Shown: piece by piece, positions 1 to 9,630 of the stretch | How the letters are laid out: every line of letters begins with the position of its first letter | Position numbering within the stretch: position 1 is the stretch's first letter | Assembly: GCA_964609155.1 (NCBI GenBank) | Contig: CAZSRF010000007.1 | Location: 839 to 64,838, forward strand | Length of the DNA: 64,000 nt | Reading direction: 5' to 3' | Source: an uncultured Gammaproteobacteria bacterium | GTDB taxonomy: Bacteria > Pseudomonadota > Gammaproteobacteria > JAGOUU01 | Translations under genes and position numbers: made by a program | Notes under the pieces: model-generated | What the model was told of the DNA's origin: nothing | The model's database searches: none | What the model saw: the letters and a program-made list of their open reading frames with translations, nothing else

Positions 1-85
1 CAACGGAAACAACCAATACTAACCATGTAATCACAACTTTTAAAGATAAAATTGCTGCTTTAAAAAATAACTTTTATGGTCATGA

Positions 86-2281
86 TTAAAAACCACTTTC
101 TCGCAACATGATGGCGACAGCTCGCCGCCAAAACCTAGACATTATACTTACTTTTTCGCCATATAGATATAACTTTCCTTTTACAGAAAAATTAGGCAAA
201 TCTTTTATTGACACGTTACTTGGCTTAGCTATAACCTGATAAACTGCATCATGTAAAATTAAATTTTCAACTTCTCTTGTACGCTTAGTTTCTGCATTTT
301 TGTTTAAAAAAGTTGTCAACTCACCACCATATAGTGATGCTAAATATTTATTATCTAAATATTTACTGCCTGCCTTATTAAATCTTATTAATTGCACCTG
401 TATTGGAGCAAATCTCATTCGTTCAAAATAAAATTGTCCGTTAATTTTTGTAATATCCACATTAAGCCTAGCCACATCATGTTCATCCATATAACCCGTT
501 ATAGATAATGTTCCAGGATCGCTGACAGTAAACAAATAATTATTTTGATCATGCCAGGTATTTACCTTCAAATATTTTGATATATCTGTAATTTGACCAT
601 CATAAGGAGCAGCTATAGTAAGTTTAGCTTTTTCAGCTAAAGCACCTGCCAACTCAGATTCTTTGTCCATCAGCTCTTGTGCAGATGCCTGCTTCTCACC
701 TAAAACACGCCCCAAACCACTTTGTTCTCGTAATTTATTTTTGATAATATTTAACTCAACGGTTGACTTATTTACTTGATAATCGATTTCATCTGAAGTA
801 AATGCTGCTAAAACAGCATCTTTTTTCACCCAATCCCCCTGTTTAATATCTAATTTTTTTAACAACCCAGGGTTAAGAGTATATATTTTTACTTCTTTTT
901 CATATGTTAAAACAGCAGGAGTTTCGATTCTATTTTGCAATGGTACAAATAAAAGAATAACTCCAAATACAAAAATTGTTATTGTGACTAATGCTCGAGT
1001 AGGTAAATGTTCTGTTTTTTTCAAAAGCGCAGCACAAGCTATTGCTTCTTTATAGGCTGGATTAAGAATAAACAAATAAACTTCTGCTATCATCAATACA
1101 ACACCAAGTATTTTGAAAAAATAAAAATACACAATAGTAGCCACAGATAGATACAAACTAATTCTATATACCCATGAGAAATAAGCATAAAATAAATACA
1201 GCCTTAAGTCAGATTTTGAACATGGAACAGGTTGAGCGCCCTTGATTCCAAACAACTGCTTTCTAAAGTACCATGTAGCCAAGTTGTAAGCTTTAGTTTG
1301 CAAATTATCAGTCGCTAAAATCTCAGAGATAATATGATACCCATCATACCGTAATAATGGATTAGCATTAATTAAAATTGTGCTTATTATTGAAACAGTT
1401 GGTATATAAATTAAAATACTACGTAACACTCCATCATCTATCAACCCCCACAAAAATAGAGCTATAATGGCTACCCCAGTTTCTGCAATAATACCAGCAC
1501 TGGCAACAACAGTTCTATGATGTCGACTTTTAAGACGCCAAGTATCTGTTGTATCTGTATAAAAAACAGGCCAAAAAACTAACAAAGCTATCCCCATAGT
1601 AGGTATTTTACAACCATAATACTTTGCTACAAACGCATGACCAAGCTCATGAAAGAATTTGGTTACAAGTACAGCGACAGATAAAATAAACATATTCTGT
1701 GGTGTAAATAAATAGTCAAACTGACCTATAAATTCACCCCATTGTCGCATTATAAGATACAATCCCATCACAAGAATAAAAAATAATACATATAAAGTTT
1801 TTTTGGTAAATAAAACTTTGACATATTTCAACATGTGCCTCAAAGCCTTATCTGGCTTAAACAACGGCACTTGCAAGAATAAATATTTTTGTAGCGCTTT
1901 TTGAATAATATGTTTTTTACTGTCAGAATGTACTTGGTATAGATAATCACCAGTATTGCTTTGATCTATCTCTAGTAATTCGTTCAATTTTAAGAACTCT
2001 AATATTTTCTCTATATTTACAGTATTTATTTTTGTGGTCGTCGTAGCATTAACTATTTTACAAATATCATCTGGATTACCAAGATACCAGTGAGATATTA
2101 TTTCAAACTCCTGCCATCCAATACGAAAAAACTTTTCTTTCAATGGATCATGAATAACCCATGTTGGAGCACCAAATTTGTCATGCCCTCCATCAATAAT
2201 ATCAAGCTCCGATCTTAAGTTTGGTAAAGATTGAATAGCTACAGTGGCCATAATTAAATTCCAATTGTTCGGCGCAACCAA
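86..2281 (-). CDS. Site-2-protease (peptidase M50) intramembrane zinc metalloprotease fused to a C-terminal HlyD-family membrane-fusion (periplasmic adaptor) domain
   Basis: HELGH motif lies in a hydrophobic segment (FFHELGHAFVAKYYG). A second S2P motif NxxPxxxxDG is present (INANPLLRYDGYHI). Several TM helices precede a C-terminal ~290 aa with lipoyl half-motifs (KQGDWVKKDAVLA ... IAAPYDGQITD), a coiled coil and a beta-barrel region typical of HlyD. It overlaps the upstream gene by 28 nt, which suggests translational coupling. Confidence 0.7.
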   Translation of the reverse strand: MVAPNNWNLIMATVAIQSLPNLRSELDIIDGGHDKFGAPTWVIHDPLKEKFFRIGWQEFEIISHWYLGNPDDICKIVNATTTTKINTVNIEKILEFLKLNELLEIDQSNTGDYLYQVHSDSKKHIIQKALQKYLFLQVPLFKPDKALRHMLKYVKVLFTKKTLYVLFFILVMGLYLIMRQWGEFIGQFDYLFTPQNMFILSVAVLVTKFFHELGHAFVAKYYGCKIPTMGIALLVFWPVFYTDTTDTWRLKSRHHRTVVASAGIIAETGVAIIALFLWGLIDDGVLRSILIYIPTVSIISTILINANPLLRYDGYHIISEILATDNLQTKAYNLATWYFRKQLFGIKGAQPVPCSKSDLRLYLFYAYFSWVYRISLYLSVATIVYFYFFKILGVVLMIAEVYLFILNPAYKEAIACAALLKKTEHLPTRALVTITIFVFGVILLFVPLQNRIETPAVLTYEKEVKIYTLNPGLLKKLDIKQGDWVKKDAVLAAFTSDEIDYQVNKSTVELNIIKNKLREQSGLGRVLGEKQASAQELMDKESELAGALAEKAKLTIAAPYDGQITDISKYLKVNTWHDQNNYLFTVSDPGTLSITGYMDEHDVARLNVDITKINGQFYFERMRFAPIQVQLIRFNKAGSKYLDNKYLASLYGGELTTFLNKNAETKRTREVENLILHDAVYQVIAKPSNVSIKDLPNFSVKGKLYLYGEKVSIMSRFWRRAVAIMLRESGF

Positions 2282-3618
2282 GAAATCGGTTTTCTAAATA
2301 TATAATATATCAACAGTACCCTGTTGCCATATATTTTAGCTGTACCCTTTATTCCAAATCGTTCATCTTTATTGAATTCATTTGTAAAATCTGCAACACC
2401 GTAATAAGCAAGTTTATCATCAGGCTGTAAGTCTGCATGTTTACTGATAAAATTTATATTAGCTTTCATTGGAGACAATGGCTTAGGATTGGGATAAAAC
2501 ACAACTTGTGATCTATCTGGCATTTCAATAAGATCATCAATTGGAATAAAAAGATCTAATTGTTTATTACTCTCACTCGCCAAGAGCATCACACGTTCAC
2601 CAATTTCTACTGGTCGACCTAGCCAGTTTTTTGGGTCTGAAAATATTACTGTACCAGCAAATTCAGCTCTTATCACAGCTCGATCTAACAATAGCTTATT
2701 ATAATTTGCTTCTATTTCTGCAATTTTAATGTCATCACTTAACACCCTTAGGTCGTTTTTGGCTTGAGCATCATTGTAGGATTGTTGATATCCTTTCCTA
2801 TACTTTTCTCTAACGACATCAAGACCTTTCTCTGATTGATCATATTTATTCTGCAAAGTAATTGTATCTAGCTTAAATAACGGTTGTCCTGCTCTAACCA
2901 TCTGATTTGGTAGAACATAAATCTCTTTAATCATTCCTTTTATTGACGAAGCTATAACTGTAGGGTTTTTAGGAGAGATTTCCGCAGGAACCAGTACTGA
3001 ATCCCGAATGGGATAAAACAAAACTAATAAAATTATAAATATAATAGTCTTCCTAGACTCATGAACTTTTTTTAATTTTTTATAAGAAGATACTTTATTT
3101 TGATATAAACGCCATATGTTTGAATAATATGTCATTACTTTCGGTATTTTTTCAATTACTTCAGGCGTCCAGTTCTCTGATGCTAATAGTATCAAACCAC
3201 CTTTCCTGGCACCTGGAAACAACACAGACACCATATACTTATACATTTCACCATCGTAACTTGCTATTGCGTCTTTAAATTTATCGATAGAAAAAAATGT
3301 TACTTTATTAGTTTCAAAAGCCAATTTTGGTAACAAGACTTTTTCCCATAAATGAATGTATGGAGCATGATGATTAACCACGCTAATAGCAGAGACTGCA
3401 AAAATCTTATAACCGTGCAAACTTTCTTGCCAAACAATAGCTTGATCATAAGGAATAATTTTTTTAGTATGATTTACTATATGAAAAGCTAATTGGGTGA
3501 TACTTGTAGACGTGAGTGCTTTACTAATTAACCAGGTTAAAGTTTTATCGTAACTATTTTCCTTTTGTTCTTCTGCGTTTGATTGGTTAGATGGAGTAAA
3601 TTTTATTTCTGTAGCCAT
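2254..3618 (-). CDS. HlyD-family secretion/adaptor protein with a ~190-aa N-terminal cytoplasmic domain and a single TM helix
   Basis: A TM segment (IIFIILLVLFYPI) is followed by lipoyl motifs (GMIKEIYVLPNQMVRAGQPLFKLD ... IRAEFAGTVIF), a coiled coil and a barrel. There is a 2-nt gap to the next gene. Confidence 0.7.
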   Translation of the reverse strand: MATEIKFTPSNQSNAEEQKENSYDKTLTWLISKALTSTSITQLAFHIVNHTKKIIPYDQAIVWQESLHGYKIFAVSAISVVNHHAPYIHLWEKVLLPKLAFETNKVTFFSIDKFKDAIASYDGEMYKYMVSVLFPGARKGGLILLASENWTPEVIEKIPKVMTYYSNIWRLYQNKVSSYKKLKKVHESRKTIIFIILLVLFYPIRDSVLVPAEISPKNPTVIASSIKGMIKEIYVLPNQMVRAGQPLFKLDTITLQNKYDQSEKGLDVVREKYRKGYQQSYNDAQAKNDLRVLSDDIKIAEIEANYNKLLLDRAVIRAEFAGTVIFSDPKNWLGRPVEIGERVMLLASESNKQLDLFIPIDDLIEMPDRSQVVFYPNPKPLSPMKANINFISKHADLQPDDKLAYYGVADFTNEFNKDERFGIKGTAKIYGNRVLLIYYIFRKPISWLRRTIGI

Positions 3619-3620
3619 GT

Positions 3621-4466
3621 TTATGGCCCTTTAAATGTAGCATTACCACTTTCCCCTACAAAAAGCCCTGTGCTCTCACTAGTTATTTTACCAATCAACT
3701 TCACTGATTGACTAACAGCATCAGCATTGTAAATAATTTTGGTGACTTTTGCTTTATATTTACTACTAGTCTCTTTTATTGAAACTTCAAAATCGTCATT
3801 AATTTTTATCCAACTTAACCATTCTGATGGTACAATTGCAGTTACGTCTAAGTTCTTATTGTCTATTATGCTAAACAATTTATCACCTGCTTTTACAGTT
3901 TCAAAGTTTCTTACCTTTAATTCCATTAGTTGACCATCAAATGGAGCTTTTTGTATACAACGTTCAGCTTTGTATTGTGCAATCTTCAGCTTAGCTAATG
4001 AACTTTCGTAATCTCCTTGGCTTGTTAGTAATTCTGTTTTACTAGCACCATCTAAATTTGCTAGATTCTTCATAGCTTGATATTTTTTTTCATTAACAAT
4101 ATTTTCTGCTTTACTTTTTTCTAAATCTGCCGTGTAAACCGTACAATCAAATTTTAATAATACGTCATTTGCTTTAAAGTAATCACCTTCTTTGACTAAA
4201 ATTTCTTTAATTGTTCCATCTATTTCTGTCGAGATGACTGCTTGATTAGTTGTGGTTAATACTGCAGGAACTGCATACTTATCTATATTTAATTCACTAC
4301 CCAATGAAGTTATATGTGAATTTGGCAAATTAGTGGAATTATTTTGATTGGCTGTACTTTTATTATGTTGATTATTAACATCATTAGAAATAAACGTATT
4401 TTGCGCTTGCAAAATACTAATCGTAGTAATCATGACTAATGTAATTTTTTTTACTTTATGCTTCAT
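3621..4466 (-). CDS. Short periplasmic adaptor, biotin-lipoyl/HlyD_D23-like, with signal peptide
   Basis: The N-terminal signal is MKHKVKKITLVMITTISILQA. Lipoyl-like halves are present (IDGTIKEILVKEGDYFKANDVLLKFD ... APFDGQLMELKV) with a coiled coil between them. A 4-nt ATGA overlap joins it to the OMF gene. Confidence 0.6.
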   Translation of the reverse strand: MKHKVKKITLVMITTISILQAQNTFISNDVNNQHNKSTANQNNSTNLPNSHITSLGSELNIDKYAVPAVLTTTNQAVISTEIDGTIKEILVKEGDYFKANDVLLKFDCTVYTADLEKSKAENIVNEKKYQAMKNLANLDGASKTELLTSQGDYESSLAKLKIAQYKAERCIQKAPFDGQLMELKVRNFETVKAGDKLFSIIDNKNLDVTAIVPSEWLSWIKINDDFEVSIKETSSKYKAKVTKIIYNADAVSQSVKLIGKITSESTGLFVGESGNATFKGP

Positions 4467-6595
4467 AGCACGGCACTAATTAAATTTTTCTCTATATTTT
4501 TAGTATTATTTATCACACGCACCTGAGTTTGCATTTTACCTCTTGCTTGTGGCTCAGAGTTTGGTATCTGCTTTGGAAGCACTGAAGCAGGAGCAGGTGG
4601 ATTAACAGGTTCTACAGGAGTTGAACTAGGTTGTTGTTGCACAGGTTCTGGTGTAACTACAGGAGTAACTGGTGTATTAGATGGCAAAGGAGGATTAACA
4701 TTTCCTTCAATCTGGGTAGTTACAGGAGCAACCGGTGCACTAGATGGCAAAGGAGGATTAACATTTCCTTCAGTCTGGGTAGTTACAGGAGCAACAGGTG
4801 TACTAGATTGCAAAGGAGGAGCGACATTTTTTCCTTCATCCGGTGTAACTACCTTTAATTTTGCCTGTGCATTCTCAGGACGTCGGCGTATTCTCGAAAC
4901 TTTGTTTTTTTTATGATTGGATTTAATCTTAGCATCATTCTTAGATTTATCTTTCATGTTAATTACAGATGTATTATCCAATTTAGCTTGTTTCAACTTA
5001 GGCGACTCTAATCGAAGACCTTGCATTGGGATATCATTAATAGATTGGGATTTAGGTTTATTTATTTTTGATTTATTAAATTTAGCATATTTGCCCTTAA
5101 TCTCATCTAATGTTATATAAAACCCTTGCTTGCTTTTAAGAGAATCTGCTATCTCTTTAGCAATTGCTTTTATTGGCTGATTTAATGTAGTTAATTTATG
5201 CACACTGTTATAACCAACAGAATCTAATAATTCATGATAAGCGGAGAGTTTATCAAAATGCGCAGTTAAAACCCTTAATTTAGCGTCAAAATAATTAATT
5301 TTAGCATTGTATACTTCTAATTGACTTGCCAGATCAGATACCGAACGTTTTTTAAGATTTTCATAGACTATCTCATTATCTTCATAAAAACCTTGAGCCA
5401 GAACACTATTTCTTTCTGCCTCTAATAATCTCACATAAGCAATATTAACTTGAGTCAAAATAGATACTGCCAAAGCCTGACGACGAATTTTGCCAAGATC
5501 TTTATTTGCATTAGCTTTTTCTAAACGAGTATATTTACTAAAAAGATCTAATAAATTACCCGTCAATTGAACTGCTGTCTGCTTCCAAAAATTATAAACT
5601 AGAAAAGATGTGCTGTCATGAAATGCGCCATAATTTAGAGTAAAATTTGGTATCATTTGAAGCCGAGCTTTATAAATCTCATCCATATCAATACGGTTTT
5701 TTAACAACTCCTCTCTTATTTCAGAACGATTATGCAAAGCTAACAATTCGATTTGCTGTATATTATACGGTAAAGAGTTTAACTGTATTTTATCATCATA
5801 AGCCGTATTTAATTCAATTTTTGAGGCTGTTGGCACATTAATCAATAACGCTAATGTTACCACCGCTCTTTCAAGATTATTTTTCATTTTATTTATTTCG
5901 GTAGATTTATCCCATAATGCTATCCGAAATTCAGCTGCTTTTTCTTTAGATATTAACTGCTCTTTTTCCTGTTTTTTAGACTTTTCTATAGCTTGATCAA
6001 TTTCTTTGCTAAGTAGATTAATTTGTGGAATAATATTATTAGTAACGTGACTAGCCCAATATGCGGTACGTGTATCTCGAACAATCTCTTGTAATAGGGT
6101 TTTCTTTTTTTCTTCAAGCATTAAATATTCATTGGCTTTTTGTTTTGAGTTATAGTAGCTAATCCCAAAATCAAGAATACTCCATGACAATTGTAAATCT
6201 AATGTATTCGTATATTTATTACGCGACAAAGATACTTGATTTGTATTAGGCGATAAAACTTTACCTGGTCGATCACGGGCTGTGTAATTAAAATTTGCAA
6301 CAAGATCTGGAAGCATTTCATAGGTAACAGCACGATGCTCTATCAAACCTACTGCAGCTTCTTGAATTTTTTGTTTGTAACTTAAATTATATTTAATAGC
6401 TCTTGCAATTGCTTCTGAAAGGGTCAATGGCTTGATTAATGGTTCAGTAGTACGATAACGCTCAGAACGATCTAGATATAATGCTTTTTTAATCTCATCT
6501 TTAGTTAATGGTTCAGGATTAACTGAGCAACCATTAATAACCAAAATTAACAATAAAAAAGGTAAAAAAACTAACTTAGTATAATTGCTCTTCAT
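4463..6595 (-). CDS. TolC-like outer-membrane efflux factor (OMF) lipoprotein with a ~240-aa Lys/Pro-rich C-terminal extension
   Basis: A lipoprotein signal ends in Cys (LLILVINGC). Two OEP-like halves carry extensive coiled-coil and beta content typical of the NodT/TolC family. The C-terminal tail is K-rich and is followed by a tandem 21-aa Pro-rich repeat. Confidence 0.7.
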   Translation of the reverse strand: MKSNYTKLVFLPFLLLILVINGCSVNPEPLTKDEIKKALYLDRSERYRTTEPLIKPLTLSEAIARAIKYNLSYKQKIQEAAVGLIEHRAVTYEMLPDLVANFNYTARDRPGKVLSPNTNQVSLSRNKYTNTLDLQLSWSILDFGISYYNSKQKANEYLMLEEKKKTLLQEIVRDTRTAYWASHVTNNIIPQINLLSKEIDQAIEKSKKQEKEQLISKEKAAEFRIALWDKSTEINKMKNNLERAVVTLALLINVPTASKIELNTAYDDKIQLNSLPYNIQQIELLALHNRSEIREELLKNRIDMDEIYKARLQMIPNFTLNYGAFHDSTSFLVYNFWKQTAVQLTGNLLDLFSKYTRLEKANANKDLGKIRRQALAVSILTQVNIAYVRLLEAERNSVLAQGFYEDNEIVYENLKKRSVSDLASQLEVYNAKINYFDAKLRVLTAHFDKLSAYHELLDSVGYNSVHKLTTLNQPIKAIAKEIADSLKSKQGFYITLDEIKGKYAKFNKSKINKPKSQSINDIPMQGLRLESPKLKQAKLDNTSVINMKDKSKNDAKIKSNHKKNKVSRIRRRPENAQAKLKVVTPDEGKNVAPPLQSSTPVAPVTTQTEGNVNPPLPSSAPVAPVTTQIEGNVNPPLPSNTPVTPVVTPEPVQQQPSSTPVEPVNPPAPASVLPKQIPNSEPQARGKMQTQVRVINNTKNIEKNLISAVL
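4650..4860. repeat. 63-bp tandem repeat of about 3.3 copies, in frame, encoding the Pro-rich tail of the OMF
   Basis: Near-identical 63-nt units begin at 4671, 4734 and 4797 (ggtg[t/c]a[t/c]tagat[g/t]gcaaaggagga...). The encoded unit is PVAPVTTQ(T/I)EGNVNPPLPS(S/N)(A/T). Confidence 0.85.
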
Positions 6596-6836
6596 ATTCT
6601 TCTTATTTGCTTTGCTTATTTAATATAAAAATTATACGTCTATGTATACATTATAGATGGTATTTTTTTATCTTAAAGTTTATAGTTACAAACAATTACA
6701 AAACATGAAATAAACACTTAAAATTTAAAATAATAAAACTAACTCTAACGAATGTTATACCAAAAGATTATTAGAATCTTTTAGTATTACTTATTATAAT
6801 AATAATCAACAACCACTACACCCTATATACAGCCTA

Positions 6837-7403
6837 ATGACTAATTTAAGCAATGCATTTCTATTCTTAACTAACTTTTTATTTGACTTTTATATTTCTC
6901 TTGTGCTGTTACGTTTTATACTTCAGTTAGTTCGAGCTCCTTTTAATAACGATATTGGCCAGTTTATTATTAAATTAACCAACCCGGGTGTATTATTATT
7001 TCGAAAATTTGTACCGGGTATCCGGGGTATTGATTTCGCGACCGTTGCGCTAGCATATCTTTTAGCTATTTTGAAAATGCTAATGGTCGTTGTTTTCTCT
7101 ACCCGAGGTTTCTTACCTGTTTATGCAAATTTTCCTGCCTATTTATTATTAGCATTCATATGCCTAATTGAGTTGACTTTAACAATTTATTTTTGGGGTA
7201 TCATCTTACGAGTTATACTAAGCTTTATGGTTAGTAGCTCACCATCTGTTTATAATAACCCTTTTTATACTATGGTTTACTTACTAACAGAGCCAGTATT
7301 AAGTTTTATCAGAAAATTTGTACCATTAATTGGCGGATTTGATCTATCACCAATGATTGCTTTACTAATGATAGCGGTATTAAGAATAGTCTTTAATGTT
7401 TAA
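6837..7403 (+). CDS. yggT: YggT/Ycf19-family integral membrane protein
   Basis: Two YGGT repeats are present (…LTNPGVLLFRKFVPGIRGIDFA… and …LTEPVLSFIRKFVPLIGGFDLSPMIALL…). Confidence 0.75.
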   Translation: MTNLSNAFLFLTNFLFDFYISLVLLRFILQLVRAPFNNDIGQFIIKLTNPGVLLFRKFVPGIRGIDFATVALAYLLAILKMLMVVVFSTRGFLPVYANFPAYLLLAFICLIELTLTIYFWGIILRVILSFMVSSSPSVYNNPFYTMVYLLTEPVLSFIRKFVPLIGGFDLSPMIALLMIAVLRIVFNV

Positions 7404-7412
7404 CGAAAGTGA

Positions 7413-7772
7413 TTAATGCACTAAATGTTTTGAGCGCGGGATAATAAAATGGTTATAAGGAAAATATTCCAAATTACTTATTAAGTGTTTTATATCTCGC
7501 ACAGTTGGTAAGACTAATAAGTAAGTAACATCTTCCACCAACTCTTCGTAATCTTCGCCTAAGCTATTTAATAAAATAATTTCATGTTGATCACCAGACT
7601 CCCAACGTCTTAAAAAATCTTCAGCTAAAGATTTATTTGGGAAAGCTAAATAGGCGCGCTCTTCATTGATAGAAAAACACCAAGGTCCACCGACAACTTC
7701 ATCTTCGGTTTCTATTATAGGATCGTATATTGTATAAAATTCTATCTTTGCAGTTGGAACTTTATCGGCCAT
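7413..7772 (-). CDS. Hypothetical acidic cytoplasmic protein
   Basis: The ORF has good coding appearance but no recognisable motif. Confidence 0.35.
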   Translation of the reverse strand: MADKVPTAKIEFYTIYDPIIETEDEVVGGPWCFSINEERAYLAFPNKSLAEDFLRRWESGDQHEIILLNSLGEDYEELVEDVTYLLVLPTVRDIKHLISNLEYFPYNHFIIPRSKHLVH

Positions 7773-7879
7773 TTTATTTCTCCTTGACTAGAAATATAGC
7801 ATAAATAAAAAAAAAGTTATTTTTGTTAATTTATGATAAAATTGGTCCCTTCAATTCGCCATTTTATATACTCGTATTC

Positions 7880-8506
7880 ATGAATACATTTACTACCACT
7901 CCATCCTATTGGGTGCTTGCAAGTAACAACAACGGTAAAATTGCTGAGCTAAATGATTTAGTTAAAGAATATAATCTTATTCTTAAACCCCAACGGGAAT
8001 TCGATATCCTCGAAATACCCGAGACAGGTTCTACTTTTATTGAAAATGCTTTACTTAAAGCAAGACATGCAAGCAGTATTGCACAGTGCCCTGCTCTAGC
8101 AGATGATTCAGGGCTTGTAGTTGCAGATCTAAACGGCGCACCTGGTATTTACTCCGCTCGTTACGCTGGAACCCAAGATCCTAAAGATAATATTGCTAAA
8201 TTAACTACTACACTTAAAGAATTAAATTTTCCACCTGAGCATAGATTTGCCGCTTTTTTTTATTGTATTATTGTGCTCTTAAAATTCCCTGATGATCCTA
8301 CACCTTTCATTGCAGAAGGTACGTGGTATGGTGAAGTTATTTTAGAACCTCGGGGAAACAATGGGTTTGGTTATGATCCTGTATTTTTTGACCCTAAATT
8401 AAACTGCACTGCTGCTGAGCTATCAGCTTCCCAAAAGCATATGTATAGCCATAGAGGAAAAGCGCTCAGTAAATTATTGACAGGTTTGAAGAAGATTAGA
8501 GATTAG
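7880..8506 (+). CDS. rdgB: Non-canonical purine NTP pyrophosphatase (dITP/XTP pyrophosphatase, RdgB/HAM1 family)
   Basis: Motifs WVLASNNNGKIAEL, SGLVVADLNGAPGIYSARYAG and GFGYDPVF are present. The start was moved to the internal ATG at 7880 (MNTFTT) because the ORF N-extension is not RdgB-like. Confidence 0.8.
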   Translation: MNTFTTTPSYWVLASNNNGKIAELNDLVKEYNLILKPQREFDILEIPETGSTFIENALLKARHASSIAQCPALADDSGLVVADLNGAPGIYSARYAGTQDPKDNIAKLTTTLKELNFPPEHRFAAFFYCIIVLLKFPDDPTPFIAEGTWYGEVILEPRGNNGFGYDPVFFDPKLNCTAAELSASQKHMYSHRGKALSKLLTGLKKIRD

Positions 8507-9558
8507 ATAGAACTAGGCCATAAAGCAACAACAGATCTAACCAAAATAGCCATTGGGATAGCAAAAACCACCCCCCAAAAACCTAAAACACCACCAGACA
8601 ATATTATCGACAAAATAATGGCTATAGAACTCATATTTAATGCCTTAGACAATAAAACTGGCACTAAAATATAGCCATCAATCAAATGAATGGCTGCATG
8701 GACCATCATAAGTTGAATAAAATAGTATCCCAACCCCATTTGAAATAAACCTACAATAGCAATAGGAACAGTCACTATAGTAGCGCCTATATAAGGGAAA
8801 AATACAGAAATACCAACTAGAACACTTAGCAACGCATTATATTGTAAATTATAGTAGCGAAATGCAAAATAGGTTACAACGCCAATTATTATAGCTTCTA
8901 GAAATTTTCCTCGAATATAATTGCCTACTCCTATGTGAGCATCATCAAGAACACGATAAATTAAGCTGCTTTCTTCTGGCATAAATGAATCAGCTTGATG
9001 AATTAATTTTTCTTTATCTTTAAGCAACAAGAAAACTAATACTGGAACAAGAACTAAATACAAAATAATAGTCATTATATTACTTATTGATGCTATTGAT
9101 AGCGACAGAAGATACTTCCCTGCACTGGTACCTGAATTTTTTATATTATCAACAAATTCTATTAGTTGATTATCATTAAAAATAGTAGGATATTCTTTTT
9201 GTATGGCAACCAACAACTTTTTGCCCTCTGTAAACATATCCGGAAGAGTATTTAGTAAAGATAACAATTGAAGCTTTAATACAGGAACGACCCCCAGGAT
9301 AACCAGAACCACTGTTGTAATAAAACATACAAAAATTATTGAAACTGATAATAACCGTGGTACTCTCATTTTAGATAACCAGGCTACTGGCCATTCCAAA
9401 AGATAGGCCATAACTAAAGCAATTAATAGCGGTAACAGAATACTGCCTAATGAGAACAAAAGAATGGACATAATCACAATGAAGACCAGAAGTGCAACTA
9501 CTTCAGGATCCCCTAAATGACGTTTATACCATTTTTTAAAGAAGCCTGGAACTGACAT
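8503..9558 (-). CDS. AI-2E family (PerM/YdiK-type) transporter
   Basis: It has about 8 TM helices and a C-terminal GVLGFWGVVFAIPMAILV signature typical of the AI-2E/UPF0118 family. Confidence 0.7.
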   Translation of the reverse strand: MSVPGFFKKWYKRHLGDPEVVALLVFIVIMSILLFSLGSILLPLLIALVMAYLLEWPVAWLSKMRVPRLLSVSIIFVCFITTVVLVILGVVPVLKLQLLSLLNTLPDMFTEGKKLLVAIQKEYPTIFNDNQLIEFVDNIKNSGTSAGKYLLSLSIASISNIMTIILYLVLVPVLVFLLLKDKEKLIHQADSFMPEESSLIYRVLDDAHIGVGNYIRGKFLEAIIIGVVTYFAFRYYNLQYNALLSVLVGISVFFPYIGATIVTVPIAIVGLFQMGLGYYFIQLMMVHAAIHLIDGYILVPVLLSKALNMSSIAIILSIILSGGVLGFWGVVFAIPMAILVRSVVALWPSSI

Positions 9559-9630
9559 AGCTACACCCAGTAATAGTAATAATATTAGATATTAAGTAAG
9601 TTACATATTTACATCAACTTTAATATATTA

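Noticed and set aside
3739-3933. Small ORFs antisense to or nested in larger genes, for example 3739-3933, 4917-5120, 5647-5841, 15156-15359, 19750-19959, 26418-26654, 27853-28083, 29215-29433, 31416-31658, 32534-32731, 34821-35088, 41748-42014, 42724-42942, 44664-45119, 45945-46626, 50240-50449, 57576-57812, 60807-61004 and 62840-63040
   Set aside because: Each overlaps a longer ORF with clear homology on the other strand or in another frame. AT-rich DNA yields many spurious short ORFs.
4631-4858. 75-aa plus-strand ORF with internal repeats
   Set aside because: It is the antisense reading of the 63-bp tandem repeat inside the OMF gene, and its repetitiveness is inherited from that repeat. 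It is not an independent gene.
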